DNA of 64,000 bases, from contig NC_042997.1 in NCBI RefSeq assembly GCF_006345805.1, positions 102,982,001-103,046,000 of the forward strand, written 5' to 3'. Positions 1 to 15,264 of this stretch are shown here, in pieces. This stretch comes from Octopus sinensis. Its lineage: Eukaryota. The translations under genes and the position numbers were made by a program. Each line of letters opens with the position of its first letter. The stretch's first letter is position 1. Below the pieces are notes generated by a model. The model saw nothing but the letters and a program-made list of their open reading frames with translations. It was not told the origin of the DNA and made no database searches.

Positions 1-180
1 TATCTGCATATGTACTTGCCCGCACATATATAAATATGCTCATACATGAATGTGGGTACGTGTCTCACGGGTAGCCTTCACATTTTTCTATCCCAAAGAA
101 TTTTTCTGTTCAGCATTTACATGCTTATATTTATAGTATTTAGGTGCTTCGGGATCCAGTTTTCTCAAATAATTATAGAA

Positions 181-340
<160 letters not shown>

Positions 341-535
341 CTCCATCCAGCCACATATATATATCCACAGACACACACGCACAAATCTTAATTGTGAAGT
401 TTGTGTTAAGTCAGACGAAAATACCTTTTCTGCACATTATATGTTTGTGGACAAACAAAAGTAGGACCAACCAAATGTATTTTATATACAATTTAACCGT
501 CAAAGAAGATACGGCTATGTTCGCTATTAATAAGT

Positions 536-1179
<644 letters not shown>

Positions 1180-1200
1180 TGATAATAATAATAATAATAA

Positions 1201-2870
1201 GTCAGATGCTGAAGCAGCAAGAAAAATTCTGGGCAGAAATATGGAGCGAAGAACCCCAACATAATATAAAAACAGACTGGTTGCGGGAATTACAAGAGAA
1301 ATGGAAGGTGGAGTGAATTAAGAACACATAATTACAGGAAGGCTTACGACAGTGTTCCACACTGCTGGCTATTGTAGTAACCAAGAACGCTCGGAGTCAA
1401 TAAGATTATAAATAGCTTTATGAAAAAAATAACTATGAGAGTGTGTCAAGTAGAATTGATATGTGATAATGAATCGCTACGAAGCGTGAAAATTCATAGG
1501 GGCATTTTCCAGGGAGACTTACTTCTCCGCTACGTCGTTGTTAATCACCCTGAGAAATGTACTGAGAAAATCCAGGCTTGCATATGAGTTTATTAAAACC
1601 AAGGTGAAAATAATTTCCTGCTTTTTGTGAGAAAGTCCTGGAGTCTCTGATCCAAACAGTAAGAGTTTTCAGCAAGTATATTGAAATGCGGTCTTGGGTA
1701 AATAAGTGTGCAGTGTTAATTATGAAGAGAGGGTGGAAGATAATCTCCGAATGGTATAAAATTAGCATCATTAGATCGCTATGGAATAATAAGGGATACA
1801 AATAATAAGACGATAAGATTATGGACGGAGAAATGAGAGAAAAGTGTCTTAAGAGTACAAGAGAATAATTAGGAAGGTTCTCGAAACAAAATTAAATGGA
1901 GAGATTATAATTAAAGCAATAAATACATGAGCTATGCCAATATTAATATACACTGCTCTCTTTCTGAAATGGATAAAGGTTGAGCTACAGAACTTGGATA
2001 GAAGAACTAAAAACTGTTCACAATGCACAATGCACTGTGTAAGAGTGCACTGGGATGTTAGCCAAGTGTGTGGCTTTGCAACAACATCGAAGGTTGTATG
2101 GACACGAACCAGAGGCTGTTATGATAGAAAAGAAGAAAACAAGACCTTATGAGACTTCCTCATAAAGACTGACGGTATTACTACTGAAACAAGAAAAAGC
2201 AGGTTTTATCATAGAGAACAAAATAAACAGTGTAAGATCATGGATTTGAAATTCCCTGATAACAGAGTCAATACCAAAGAAGTGAAATAGACGTAGCTGT
2301 GTGGTAAGAAGCTTGCTTCCCAACCACGTGGTTCCGGGTTCAATCCTTCTGCGCGGAACCTTGGGTAAATGTCTTCTACTATAGCCTCGGGCAGATCAAA
2401 GCCTTGTGAGTGGATTGGTAGACGGAAGATGAAAGAAGCCCGTCATATGTGTGTGTGTGTATCTGTTTGTTTAGGCCTGTGTTTGTCCCTTTCCACCGCT
2501 TGACAATCAATGTTGGTTTGTTTATGGTGTGTAATTTAGCGGTCCGGCAAAAAGAGGCTGATATGATAAGTACCAGGCTTAAAAATATAAGGCATATGGT
2601 CGATTTGTTCGACTAAAACCCTTGAATGCATAGCCGCAGTCAGGTGACTGAAACAAGTCAAAGATCCTCCAAAGAGCCGAAGAGACTGTGGAAGACTAAG
2701 ACAACAGTTATTCTTGTGGTAATTGGTGCACATGGCACAACACCCAAAATGCTACCTAAGAAACTGAAAGAGATTGGAACCGAGGCTCGTATTGTCGACC
2801 TGCTGAAAGTGCCATTTTATATTCTGCAAGGATTTTGGGAGAGATTCTTGAGATTTGAAGAGAATTAGTT
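1201..2870 (+). mobile_element. Degenerate, internally deleted Dong/R4-like element (family D), interrupted by a SINE
   Basis: Broken frames give FWAEIWSEE, YRKAYDSVPH, GIFQGD, NGEIIIKAINT, and VVIGAHG after the SINE; begins right after (AAT)n. Confidence 0.8.
2288..2664 (+). mobile_element. tRNA-derived SINE family S1
   Basis: A/B-box-like head (TGTGTGGTAAG..GGGTTCAATCC), CCTTGGG(C/T)AAxTGTC motif, internal GT microsatellite; homologs at 40238, 44872, 63471. Confidence 0.85.
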
Positions 2871-2888
2871 GTCACCAAACCGTAACAT

Positions 2889-3209
2889 GTGGAGGCGCAA
2901 TGCCCAGTAGTTAGGGCAGCGGACTCGCAGTCGGAGGATCGCGGTTTCGATTCCCAGACTGGGTGTTGTATGTACTTATTGAGCGAAAACACCTAAAGCT
3001 CCACGAGGCGCCGGCAGGGGGTGGTGGAGATCCCTGTTGTACTCTTTCGCCCCAACTTTCTCTCACTCTTTCTTCCTGTTTCTTGAGTAACGCTGCGATG
3101 GACTGGCATCCCGTCAAGTTGGGGGGGGGGGACTACATACGTCACAGAAACCGGGAAAACGGGCCCATTAGCCTGGTTAGGCTTGAAAAGGGCGCATAAA
3201 TACATAAAT
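2889..3209 (+). mobile_element. tRNA-derived SINE family S2 with 12-bp TSD
   Basis: Head GGAGGCGCAATGCCCAGTAGTTAGG..GGTTTCGATTCCC; TSD AAACCGTAACAT at 2877-2888 and 3210-3221; CATAAATA tail. Confidence 0.9.
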
Positions 3210-3539
3210 AAACCGTAACATAATATTCATGCTAAATAATTAGTATGTACTAGTGCTTTTCAGTTGCTTCACCTTAACCAATTAAGCATGTATAATAACA
3301 GAGGGTTTATTGAAAGCAACAAGGAACTACGCAACAAAGAACTAAGCAATCAATTCCACATAGCCACAACTGAAGTTGCTGAAAAACAGATGGGACTGGC
3401 TGAAGAAAGGAGCATTGAAAAAAGGGACAGTGAAAAGGAGATTGCGAACACCATACTTATAGCGCAAGGCCAAGCTTTGGCCATAAATTGGAGGGTCAAC
3501 CTTAGGACTGAGCAAATATCTCCACTGTGCTGCATCGGT

Positions 3540-3975
3540 AACAGAGTGGACGAAACCATTGCCTATATTGAGAACGAATTCACCTCATCCACTTCTCCCA
3601 TATAAAATACTTAACCTCCTGTTCTCAATTATTCGTCCTCGATGTCTCTGTAGCCGTGACCGTGAATGTGAGACACAATTTCAGTATATGAACTAACACT
3701 TCCCTCGACGAGGATTACCTCCACCTTAGTGCAACCCGCCCTCACTCTTGTTCATGAAGTCGACCACGCCTCTACCTCCCTTGCGTCCACCTCCCTCAAA
3801 TTCCTTTCCTTCCCTCTTACCTACCACCCTCTTATACTACCTGCTCAGCGGATTATTCTACATTTATTCCAAGTCCTCCGGTCCATTCCCTCCACTTCTC
3901 CTACATAACCTGCGCTTATACCTGTCTTTTTCGATGCTTAAAATGCTCTCTCGACAACTCAATTTATATATTTAT
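3540..3975 (+). pseudogene. Possible very decayed Penelope RT C-terminal remnant
   Basis: One frame reads HFSHIKYLTSCSQLFVLDVSV..DYLHLSATRPHSC, loosely like PLE FLDVxV..YLHxSSxHP; stops present. Confidence 0.3.
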
Positions 3976-4272
3976 GAATGAAGAAAAGAATCTCGCTCAT
4001 TATGTCTCTCCTCTCTCTCCCCCTCTCTCTCCTTCTCTGTCTCTCTCTCTGTTTATATATATATATATATTTACACACACACACAAGGTGGACCAGACGA
4101 CGATTGCCTGGCCGCTTAGGTCCCCGCTGTTGCGTGACATTTCCGTGTCTCTGCTACAGACACGCATTAATCTTTCATTTTTCAAACAACCACTCCTCAT
4201 TTATTTAATTACTACACTCTTTTCCTATAGCCGCGCACGCACATCATCACGCACATGACACTCACGCACACG

Positions 4273-4326
<54 letters not shown>

Positions 4327-5371
4327 CTATATTCACATGCATTCAGACAATCAAATACACCCATAAATGTCCAACGTTTTGCTCAAGCACGTAGTCACAA
4401 TATGAAGACACACATAATAGCATATACACACACATAATATCATATATACACACATAATAGCATACACACACACTCTCCACTTATTTCTGCCATACCTCTC
4501 TCCATCAACATACCACTCAAATCGCACATAGCTGAGTCAATTACACACATACATAAATGACACATACACACTCGTATGAGGCTTATACGACATCAATCAT
4601 TCTTTATACGCGCACAGTTATATATGCAAGGTTCAAGCAATCCATAGAACAACCCAGGAGCATTCATTATAACACAATAATAGATACACTCACAGCAAAA
4701 ATGAGATACACACACACACACACAAACACACATACACACACACATACACACACACATACACACACACAGAGAATGGCCTATACATACACATATTCACTCC
4801 CCATAATACCATCACATTTAACGCAGCTAACGTAGATACGCTCATACGTAGTCACACGCACGCGGACTCATATAAACACTTCCAAGACCAATATCCATAC
4901 GTACATCCGTATATGTTACTTATCCCACTCCAGACTGGGCTCACATAGTACACATTAACACTGAAAGTATGTACATAAATTCGTGCACATATACACACGC
5001 GTGTGCACATAACATACTAATACAACCATACATAGATTTGTACACAAAGGTTTCCACTCACTGGGTTCACAATGGAAACTCTAACACCAAAAAAGAAACA
5101 GAAACACACAGACACACGCACACACAAGCATTATACACTTTCGAGCTCATGCACACTTCATAACTACACACCTGTATTAAGCCCAATATATATATTATAC
5201 GCATATATGTATATATATATTCTACATCGAGTGAAAAACGGGATGGACGCTTTGGTTTTGTTTTGGTGCCTAGCTCTCTTGTACACGACTATGATGATTT
5301 GCATCCCCAACGTAAATCGTCTTTTTCCCAAGCTTATAATGTAATGCATGTCCTTGAAGTAGTAATTGTAC

Positions 5372-5459
5372 GCGGCTGAAGAAGGCTATTGACATACAAA
5401 TTACATCAATTATGCATTGATATAAACCGTCTAATAAAAGCCAGAAACATATGTACTGC
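5372..5459 (+). ncRNA. Minimal type I hammerhead ribozyme motif (extended stem II)
   Basis: GCGG-CUGAAGA-A-GGCU...AGCC-A-GAAAC-AUAU-GUA-CUGC; stem I 4 bp, palindromic stem III ACATATGT, GUA site. Confidence 0.75.
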
Positions 5460-5713
5460 TAAATCCTTTGCATCATGTTTTTATTTGATATATATAATAT
5501 ATATATAATATATATATTATATATATATATAATAATAATAAATATTAGGGAATATATCCAAATTTACAGGGAAAAAAAATCAGATTTAGGATTAAATCCA
5601 ATTTTATAGTAAAATATTATAAAATATTATTTGAGACAAAACCACTATTTTGCAAAACAAACAAGGAAAGACTTAATCAATACATAAAATTTAATAAATA
5701 GTCAAAAAAACCG

Positions 5714-5756
5714 CCACTACAATCGTTTCTTGTCTTGATCGACAATCTTCAGGTGG
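5714..5756 (-). ncRNA. Minimal type I hammerhead ribozyme, intact core
   Basis: Minus strand CCAC-CUGAAGA-UUGUC gaucaa GACAA-GAAAC-GAUU-GUA-GUGG; all core nucleotides and three stems present. Confidence 0.88.
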
Positions 5757-8111
5757 ACTTCCAATCTAAAAAATCAAAATTTTAAAATATAAAAATAATA
5801 CTTTTAAATAATTAAAGTATAAATGAAAAAATATAAGTATATAATCCATATATAACCTATATATAATCCATATCGAAAATATAGACTAATTACCACGAAT
5901 TCCCTAAAAAAACCATGATAAAACAAAACTCTTAAAAACATATAACGATAAAATCTCCCTTTGCTAAACTCTATAACAAACCTATAAAGTAAACCCCCTA
6001 ACCTAAACATTCACACACAAATACACACACGTAAACCACAGACTCACGACTTATACACATACCTATACTAACTTATAACCTCAATATACACCAAAACCCA
6101 CTCCCTCCCCACACAGACAAATTAACACATACATCCCAAAACCTAAATAACAAACCCATATACACATTCACACACAAACACACACTCACACGCAAAACAC
6201 TCACACACAAAAGATACATATACTCCCTCACATATACGCCTATACATACTCACTAAAACTCGACATATACAACAATACTTACACACCCACAAAAAACATT
6301 ATATACATTTATGAGCTTTAACTCACCTTAGCATCTCTAACAAACAACTTGCAGTAACCCAATCCCATTCTCTATGCCTACCTCACTACTACACTATTCC
6401 ATTCACATTCCAAGCAACGCTAGTCCACCACCCGGTTATTCACGTGGCAAAACGAACACCACTCAAAAATTATGAATGAAACAATGTAAAAAATAACCAA
6501 CACCTAAAATAGACAAAATACCACGAATTACCTAAAAAAAACCATGATAAACCAAAACTCATAAAAACATATAACGATAAAATCTCCCTTTGCTAAACCC
6601 TATAACAAACTTATATAGCAATCCCCCTAACCTAAACATTCACACACAAAAAACCCACACGTAAACCACAGACCCAAGACTTATACACAAACCTATACTA
6701 ACTTATAAACCTCAATATACACCAAAAACCACTCCCTCCCCACACAGACAAATTAACACATACATCCCAAATCCTAAATAACAAACCCAAATACACATTC
6801 ACACACAACACACACACACACGCAAAACACACACACACAACAGATACATATGCTCCCTCACATATACGCATATACATACTCACTAAAACTCGATATATAC
6901 AACAATATTTACACCCACACTCATACAGATAAATAAATTAATTATACAATTAAAAACTCACAACCAATCTCATATACATAAACACTCTTATGAAAACAAC
7001 AATAAATACATCGTAATTAACCAGAATATCAAAATAACATTATGACATAAGGATAAATCAAATACATACTTACAATTCAGTTACAAATTATGAAGTGAAA
7101 TTAGATTCTTAGCCGTTAAAAAACCAAACAAAATTACGTTACCATGGAAATAACTAATGTAAAAAAAGAATACGCGCCATAGAAAGTAAACGTCATTCAT
7201 AGTATGAATGGAGAAATATAATAAATGGAACTAAAAACTATTTCCACGTAGCAACCAACGCTACTTAAAAAAAATTTATTATGAATGGATTCTTTAAAAA
7301 CTATCATGAAAAATCAATTATATACATTTATGAGCTTTAGCTCACCCTAGCAACTCTAACAAACAACTTACAGTAACCCATACTCAATGCCTACCTCATT
7401 ACCACCCTAATCCATTCACAATTCCAAGCAACACTAGTCCACCACCCGTTACAATTCCCAACTCTACCCATTCATTCACAATTTCAACGACGTTCCCTTC
7501 AACAACTCTACATATAAGCCTCAACATATACACCGGAGATACACTTACACATCCGTGCGGATGGGTGAGAGTATACATTAAGTGTAGTGATGGGGCTCCC
7601 ATTTCTAAACCATTTGTACCTGTGTGGTAGTCTCCATGTGTATATTCACGCACGGGTATAAATACAGGGGGTACACGCTCACTTCATTTACGTGTACCCC
7701 TCACATGTACATATGCATACTATTTTGGCTCGATATATGCAACAATGTAATCACGCCCGTATGTGTGAGCATTCACTGGTTGTGCAATTCACCCATCTGG
7801 GTGTGATTGTGTGTAAACTTATCACTGTGGAGGTCGAGCTTGATACGTATATATTAGTGTGTATTAGGGGTTGTACGTACTAATTATGTTCATGTGCTTC
7901 ACGCACTTGCGTCCATGTATGGAAGAATATATTGGGATTACTATGTAGGTGTAAATAGGGTATGGGGGAGTTTTGTCATTGTATGGGTGTGGGTTTCATT
8001 TGTGATGGTGGTTAGTTGGTGATTATTAGTATGTTCTGTATATTAGGGCTAATATGTATTATTCAAGTGTGTATAATTGTATACATATAATTGGTGTGAA
8101 TGGGATTACTC

Positions 8112-8142
<31 letters not shown>

Positions 8143-8264
8143 ATTATTTTTAGGGGATGTATGTGTTTATTTATCCATGTGGGGCTGGAGTTATTTATTA
8201 AATTTTATGTATTGATTAAGTCTTTCCTTGTTTGTTTTGCAAAATAGTGGTTTTGTCTCAAATA

Positions 8265-8308
<44 letters not shown>

Positions 8309-8515
8309 ATATATTATATATATATATATATATAATAATAATAAATATTAGGGAATATATCCAAATTTACAGGGAAAAAAATCAGATTTAGGATTAAATC
8401 CAATTTTATAGTAAAATATTATAAAATATTATTTGAGACAAAACCACTATTTTGCAAAACAAACAAGGAAAGACTTAATCAATACATAAAATTTAATAAA
8501 TAGTCAAAAAAACCG

Positions 8516-8558
8516 CCACTACAATCGTTTCTTGTCTTGATCGACAATCTTCAGGTGG
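8516..8558 (-). ncRNA. Minimal type I hammerhead ribozyme, identical to 5714-5756
   Basis: Same sequence in the second tandem unit. Confidence 0.88.
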
Positions 8559-11067
8559 ACTTCCAATCTAAAAAATCAAAATTTTAAAATATAAAAATAA
8601 TACTTTTAAATAATTAAAGTATAAATGAAAAAATATAAGTATATAATCCATATATAACCTATATATAATCCATATCGAAAATATAGACTAATTACCACGA
8701 ATTCCCTAAAAAAACCATGATAAAACAAAACTCTTAAAAACATATAACGATAAAATCTCCCTTTGCTAAACTCTATAACAAACCTATAAAGTAAACCCCC
8801 TAACCTAAACATTCACACACAAATACACACACGTAAACCACAGACTCACGACTTATACACATACCTATACTAACTTATAACCTCAATATACACCAAAACC
8901 CACTCCCTCCCCACACAGACAAATTAACACATACATCCCAAAACCTAAATAACAAACCCATATACACATTCACACACAAACACACACTCACACGCAAAAC
9001 ACTCACACACAAAAGATACATATACTCCCTCACATATACGCCTATACTACTCACTAAAACTCGACATATACAACAATACTTACACACCCACAAAAAACAT
9101 TATATACATTTATGAGCTTTAACTCACCTTAGCATCTCTAACAAACAACTTGCAGTAACCCAATCCCATTCTCTATGCCTACCTCACTACTACACTATTC
9201 CATTCACATTCCAAGCAACGCTAGTCCACCACCCGGTTATTCACGTGGCAAAACGAACACCACTCAAAAATTATGAATGAAACATGTAAAAAATAACCAA
9301 CACCTAAAATAGACAAAATACCACGAATTACCTAAAAAAAACCATGATAAACCAAAACTCATAAAAACATATAACGATAAAATCTCCCTTTGCTAAACCC
9401 TATAACAAACTTATATAGCAATCCCCCTAACCTAAACATTCACACACAAAAAACCCACACGTAAACCACAGACCCAAGACTTATACACAAACCTATACTA
9501 ACTTATAAACCTCAATATACACCAAAAACCACTCCCTCCCCACACAGACAAATTAACACATACATCCCAAATCCTAAATAACAAACCCAAATACACATTC
9601 ACACACAAACACACACACACACACGCAAAACACACACACACAACAGATACATATGCTCCCTCACATATACGCATATACATACTCACTAAAACTCGATATA
9701 TACAACAATATTTACACCCACACTCATACAGATAAATAAATTAATTATACAATTAAAAACTCACAACCAATCTCATATACATAAACACTCTTATGAAAAC
9801 AACAATAAATACATCGTAATTAACCAGAATATCAAAATAACATTATGACATAAGGATAAATCAAATACATACTTACAATTCAGTTACAAATTATGAAGTG
9901 AAATTAGATTCTTAGCCGTTAAAAAACCAAACAAAATTACGTTACCATGGAAATAACTAATGTAAAAAAAGAATACGCGCCATAGAAAGTAAACGTCATT
10001 CATAGTATGAATGGAGAAATATAATAAATGGAACTAAAAACTATTTCCACGTAGCAACCAACGCTACTTAAAAAAAATTTATTATGAATGGATTCTTTAA
10101 AAACTATCATGAAAAATCAATTATATACATTTATGAGCTTTAGCTCACCCTAGCAACTCTAACAAACAACTTACAGTAACCCATACTCAATGCCTACCTC
10201 ATTACCACCCTAATCCATTCACAATTCCAAGCAACACTAGTCCACCACCCGGTTACAATTCCCAACTCTACCCATTCATTCACAATTTCAACGACGTTCC
10301 CTTCAACAACTCTACATATAAGCCTCAACATATACACCGGAGATACACTTACACATCCGTGCGGATGGTGAGAGTATACATTAAGTGTAGTGATGGGGCT
10401 CCCATTTCTAAACACATTTGTACCTGTGTGGTAGTCTCCATGTGTATATTCACGCACGGGTATAAATACAGGGGGTACACGCTCACTTCATTTACGTGTA
10501 CCCCTCACATGTACATATGCATACTATTTTGGCTCGATATATGCAACAATGTAATCACGCCCGTATGTGTGAGCATTCACTGGTTGTGCAATTCACCCAT
10601 CTGGGTGTGATTGTGTGTAAACTTATCACTGTGGAGGTCGAGCTTGATACGTATATATTAGTGTGTATTAGGGGTTGTACGTACTAATTATGTTCATGTG
10701 CTTCACGCACTTGCGTCCATGTATGGAAGAATATATTGGGATTACTATGTAGGTGTAAATAGGGTATGGGGGAGTTTTGTCATTGTATGGGTGTGGGTTT
10801 CATTTGTGATGGTGGTTAGTTGGTGATTATTAGTATGTTCTGTATATTAGGGCTAATATGTATTATTCAAGTGTGTATAATTGTATACATATAATTGGTG
10901 TGAATGGGATTACTCCCATTTTTTTTTTTTTTTTTTTTTTTTTTTATTATTTTTAGGGGATGTATGTGTTTATTTATCCATGTGGGGCTGGAGTTATTTA
11001 TTAAATTTTATGTATTGATTAAGTCTTTCCTTGTTTGTTTTGCAAAATAGTGGTTTTGTCTCAAATA

Positions 11068-11115
<48 letters not shown>

Positions 11116-11257
11116 TATATATTAAATTAGAGATAAAACCACTATTAGGTAAATCAAACAATGAAAAACTTAAGCCAATACATAAAATTAATTAATTTAA
11201 ATTATTTTAAATATATATCAAAATTATTAAAAGATTAATAAAAGATAATGATTAAAG

Positions 11258-11326
11258 CACTACGATCGTTTCATGGCTGTCCAATTCGTAATAATTCGAG
11301 TTATGGTTACAGTCAATCTTCAGGTG
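11258..11326 (-). ncRNA. Minimal type I hammerhead ribozyme, related family with long stem II
   Basis: CAC-CUGAAGA-UUGACUGU...ACAGCCAU-GAAAC-GAUC-GUA-GUG; perfect palindrome ACGATCGT; flanks related to the 5.6-kb unit ends. Confidence 0.8.
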
Positions 11327-11639
11327 ATTGAAATATCAGACTTTATATTCAATAAACCATTAAATATTTATTAAAAATATATTTAGTAATAAAATATTTA
11401 GTAATAAAATGAACAACTATATATAATCTAACTATAATTAAAAACAGAACCTAAATAACTAAGATAAACTAATATAAAATGTACTACAAATCACCAGCTA
11501 TATTTAGAATACTATTACATAAAACAACAAATAGGGAGCTAATTAAGGCTAAGACATATTCATTGTTTATCAAGAAATTTATTATATAAGTAATTATATA
11601 AGTAAAGTAACTTGTGCCTGCATTTTATTTTGCGCTCAT

Positions 11640-11692
<53 letters not shown>

Positions 11693-11790
11693 GTATGTAT
11701 ATATATATATATATATACATACATATATACATACATATATATACATATATACATATATACATATACATATATATATATACATATACGTAC

Positions 11791-11823
<33 letters not shown>

Positions 11824-11929
11824 ATATATATATATATATTATATATATATAATATATATATATATACATATATTATATACATACATATATATATATATAC
11901 ATACATACACACACACATACATATATGGG

Positions 11930-12090
11930 GAGAATTCACAAAAAAACCCAAAAGACGAAGACAGGTGGTGTGGACAAGAAACAGATGTGTTAGTATAGCG
12001 CTCGGGAAGTGAAAAAGTCTTTAACGATTCGATGCTACGCTCTTCCACAGAAAGAAACAAGGAGAGAAAATAAATGTGTAGTGGCTAGCG
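11930..12090 (-). mobile_element. PLE pseudo-LTR-like fragment with decayed HHR
   Basis: Minus CTGTGGAAGAGCGTAGCATCGAATCGTT...GAGCGCTATACTAAC resembles the 43084 motif; core mutated. Confidence 0.45.
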
Positions 12091-12330
12091 ATTTATACAT
12101 ACATACATTTATACATACATATATACATACATACATATATATATACATACCTACATACATACATATATATATAGATATGCATAAATATATATATATATAC
12201 ATACATACATATACATACATACATAAATACATACATACCAGAAAGTTTATTGATAACCACAATTGTTTCGACTGATCTTGGGAACCTGCTTTATTAGAAA
12301 ACTACCAGGTGTATACCATACGATTTATTA

Positions 12331-12389
<59 letters not shown>

Positions 12390-12390
<1 letters not shown>

Positions 12391-12614
12391 CCTTTCCACT
12401 ATAGGTTCAAAACCTGGAATTTGATGAGAGGGGGATGATCGGTTATATCGACACCGGTATTTGATTTGTACTTAATTTATCAACCCCGAAAGGATGAAAA
12501 GCAAAGTCGACCCCGGTGGAATTTGAACTGAAAACATGAAGACTGACGTAATACCGCTTAGTATCCCGCTTAGTATATCGCCCAGCGTGCTAACGATTCT
12601 GCCAACACGCTGCT

Positions 12615-12617
<3 letters not shown>
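12390..12617 (-). mobile_element. tRNA-derived SINE family S4 (Nin/Deu-like core)
   Basis: Minus strand TGGCAGAATCGTTAGC..CAGTTCAAATTCC..TTTTCATCCTTTCGGGGTTGATAAA; (AAT)n both sides. Confidence 0.85.
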
Positions 12618-12677
<60 letters not shown>

Positions 12678-12909
12678 TAATAATAATAATAATAAATGAT
12701 AATAATAATAATAATAAGATATATATATATATATATATGCACACACATACATACTGGATTGAAAATGAATTGACTAACACTGACGACAGAAACGCACATA
12801 CACGTACTTCTTGGTAGCACCCGGATACACACACAAACATACACACACACACGCGCGCGCATATACATACATATACACATGCATAGGTGCATAATCTACA
12901 CAAATTATG

Positions 12910-12973
<64 letters not shown>

Positions 12974-13135
12974 TAGTTTCTCTGGTAAGTACGTAACTTC
13001 TCTCCTCTTCTGCTTCTTGCGGTCATACAACCTCTACTATTTTTAAGACCCGACACAGCCAAAATACATTTTTTCATTACATTTTCTTTTTAAACTTTTC
13101 TTCTTGTACACTTTTCATTCGAGCTATCTAACTTT

Positions 13136-13173
13136 CTGAAGAAGGACCTGTAGCCCGAAACGTCAAAGACATT
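13136..13173 (+). ncRNA. Hammerhead-like motif, partly decayed
   Basis: CUGAAGA-A-GGAC cugua GCCC-GAAACGUC aaa GAC; no clear stem I or cleavage triplet. Confidence 0.5.
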
Positions 13174-14687
13174 TTATTTTTCTTAAGAAATGCTTCCATG
13201 AAAGGGGAATTTAACCCTCCATCAATTAATTTGGATAACAAAAAATGATAAAAGTATAACAAAAACTGCTTTGAGATCAGAGATTTGCTATGTGTACCTT
13301 TAGCGATATCTACTAACAGAATACTCTTCGTAGCTACTCTCATACGCTTTCTCATAATTATGTTACATTGCATGTACGAATATTCCTTCGTATACGAATT
13401 GATCAAGTACGATGGATGCATTGTACATACGTATGAAAATCTATGTAAAATATATTTATATTAAAAACGTTTTTGTTTGTAAAACTTTTATGCGGATGAA
13501 TGTTGTAGAGGAAGTAGCGAAATAATGTGTTTTACTGAAAGCGGTGAAATTTGGAAGTGGAAAAGCTAGTAGGAAAATATAGTATTTAGATGCTTTGATA
13601 TATAGATTATAAAGTCTTAGAAGATAATACGAATATTGTACATGCCCAAGCACTGCTATAGACACTTCGAAATGTTATATAGAAAAATAACTCGTTTGTA
13701 ATAGTTATGTATATCAGTACAGTTTTCTCAGTAAAAACAATGCGGGTTTAAAACTTTATTTTAAAGATCTATGTTTGTTTATTTTTTACACACTTTTGTG
13801 AAGTTCAACTTGAATTGTTACAATTCTGAGTGAAACCTCTTTCTGGAACAAACTGAAAATTGTCAGCATCGTTTTAAAGCAATTTATCCACAATATAGGG
13901 AATTTATTTGACTTTATTTACTTTGGATATTAATAAACTTGAGCTGGGTATGTGTGTTAGTAACTGAAATACATGGATATATTTGTTTCGGAGGTGTGCT
14001 TGCCAAACAAGTGATTTGACCCTAAACAGTGCGTTGACATTAAAATAATTGTAGCGTGGAAGATACACGATTAGCTGTTCGGAATCACACAGGCTTAATT
14101 TTGCTTATATAGGTATTTGCTGTATGTTGTCAACATTTTCATCGCTCGAACTTTGACATCACATTAGAAAATAATAAATCTTTACGTGAAATTTACAGTC
14201 TTTGTTTGTTCTTATATGACTAACGTGTATTTCACACTGCTTTGCATTGACATTACCATTATCATACAGGTGTATTAGATTAGACGTATCTGCAGTTAAA
14301 GCATATTACGACCAAAACAAGGAAAATTCTGTGTAGCCTTTTGGCATGTTAGAAATAGCACCAGCATTGCTTCATACTGTACATTCGCGTATTAAAGAAC
14401 GAAAATAACGTGAGATTATGTGATCGTAGACAGCTCTAAGTAAACAGGAAAGCCACGACTAGAATGGCAATAAGAAGGATGTTCGCTCAGAGTTGACCCC
14501 CGCTCCCTGCCACCACCGCCAACAACAGCAGCAACAACAACAACAACAGCAGCAGCAGTAGTCAATTGAAATGGATCTCTTTCCATCAACTCTAAAAATC
14601 TCGTTCACCAATCATTCTCCCACCCATCCGTTCATTCATACATCCATGCATGCATCCTTCTATTCATACATCAATCCATGCAGTCAT

Positions 14688-14914
<227 letters not shown>

Positions 14915-15264
14915 TGCTTTAAATTTCAGTTTTCATTTGATTTCATTCGCCACTTATTCACCGTAATGCTTTAGTTATTCTCTCGCTGCTCGTGTATCAG
15001 ATAAACTGAAAAAAAACCGAACGAGTCAATGGTGGGGCATTCATGTATCCACTTGATATTAGCTGCGAATCCCCCTAAAATAAGTATAAAAGAAAGAAAA
15101 ATGCATTTGATAGTGAATTGCTACATGCCCAACCACGAAAGAAAGGGGATAGTTACGAATGCAATACTAAGTGATTAGTCTACTTGATCAGATTCGACCT
15201 AGGGTTAAATAACAACTACAACAATAATTTTAGCGTCGATGAGGACAATAATAGCAGCAAAAGT

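Larger units (their letters stand above)
5490..11100. repeat. Tandem duplication of a ~2.8-kb PLE-derived non-coding unit
   Basis: Offset 2802-2803 at both ends; (TA)n at the junction; each unit has an ~85-bp inverted segment near its ends, internal direct repeats (~628-bp offset) and a T tract. Confidence 0.9.

Noticed and set aside
3264-3605. 113-aa ORF as a host gene
   Set aside because: No recognisable domain or splice context; lies among decayed TE sequence.
8099-8142. Hairpin plus T tract resembling an intrinsic terminator (also ~10903-10946)
   Set aside because: Eukaryotic repeat context with no upstream gene; function is unsupported.
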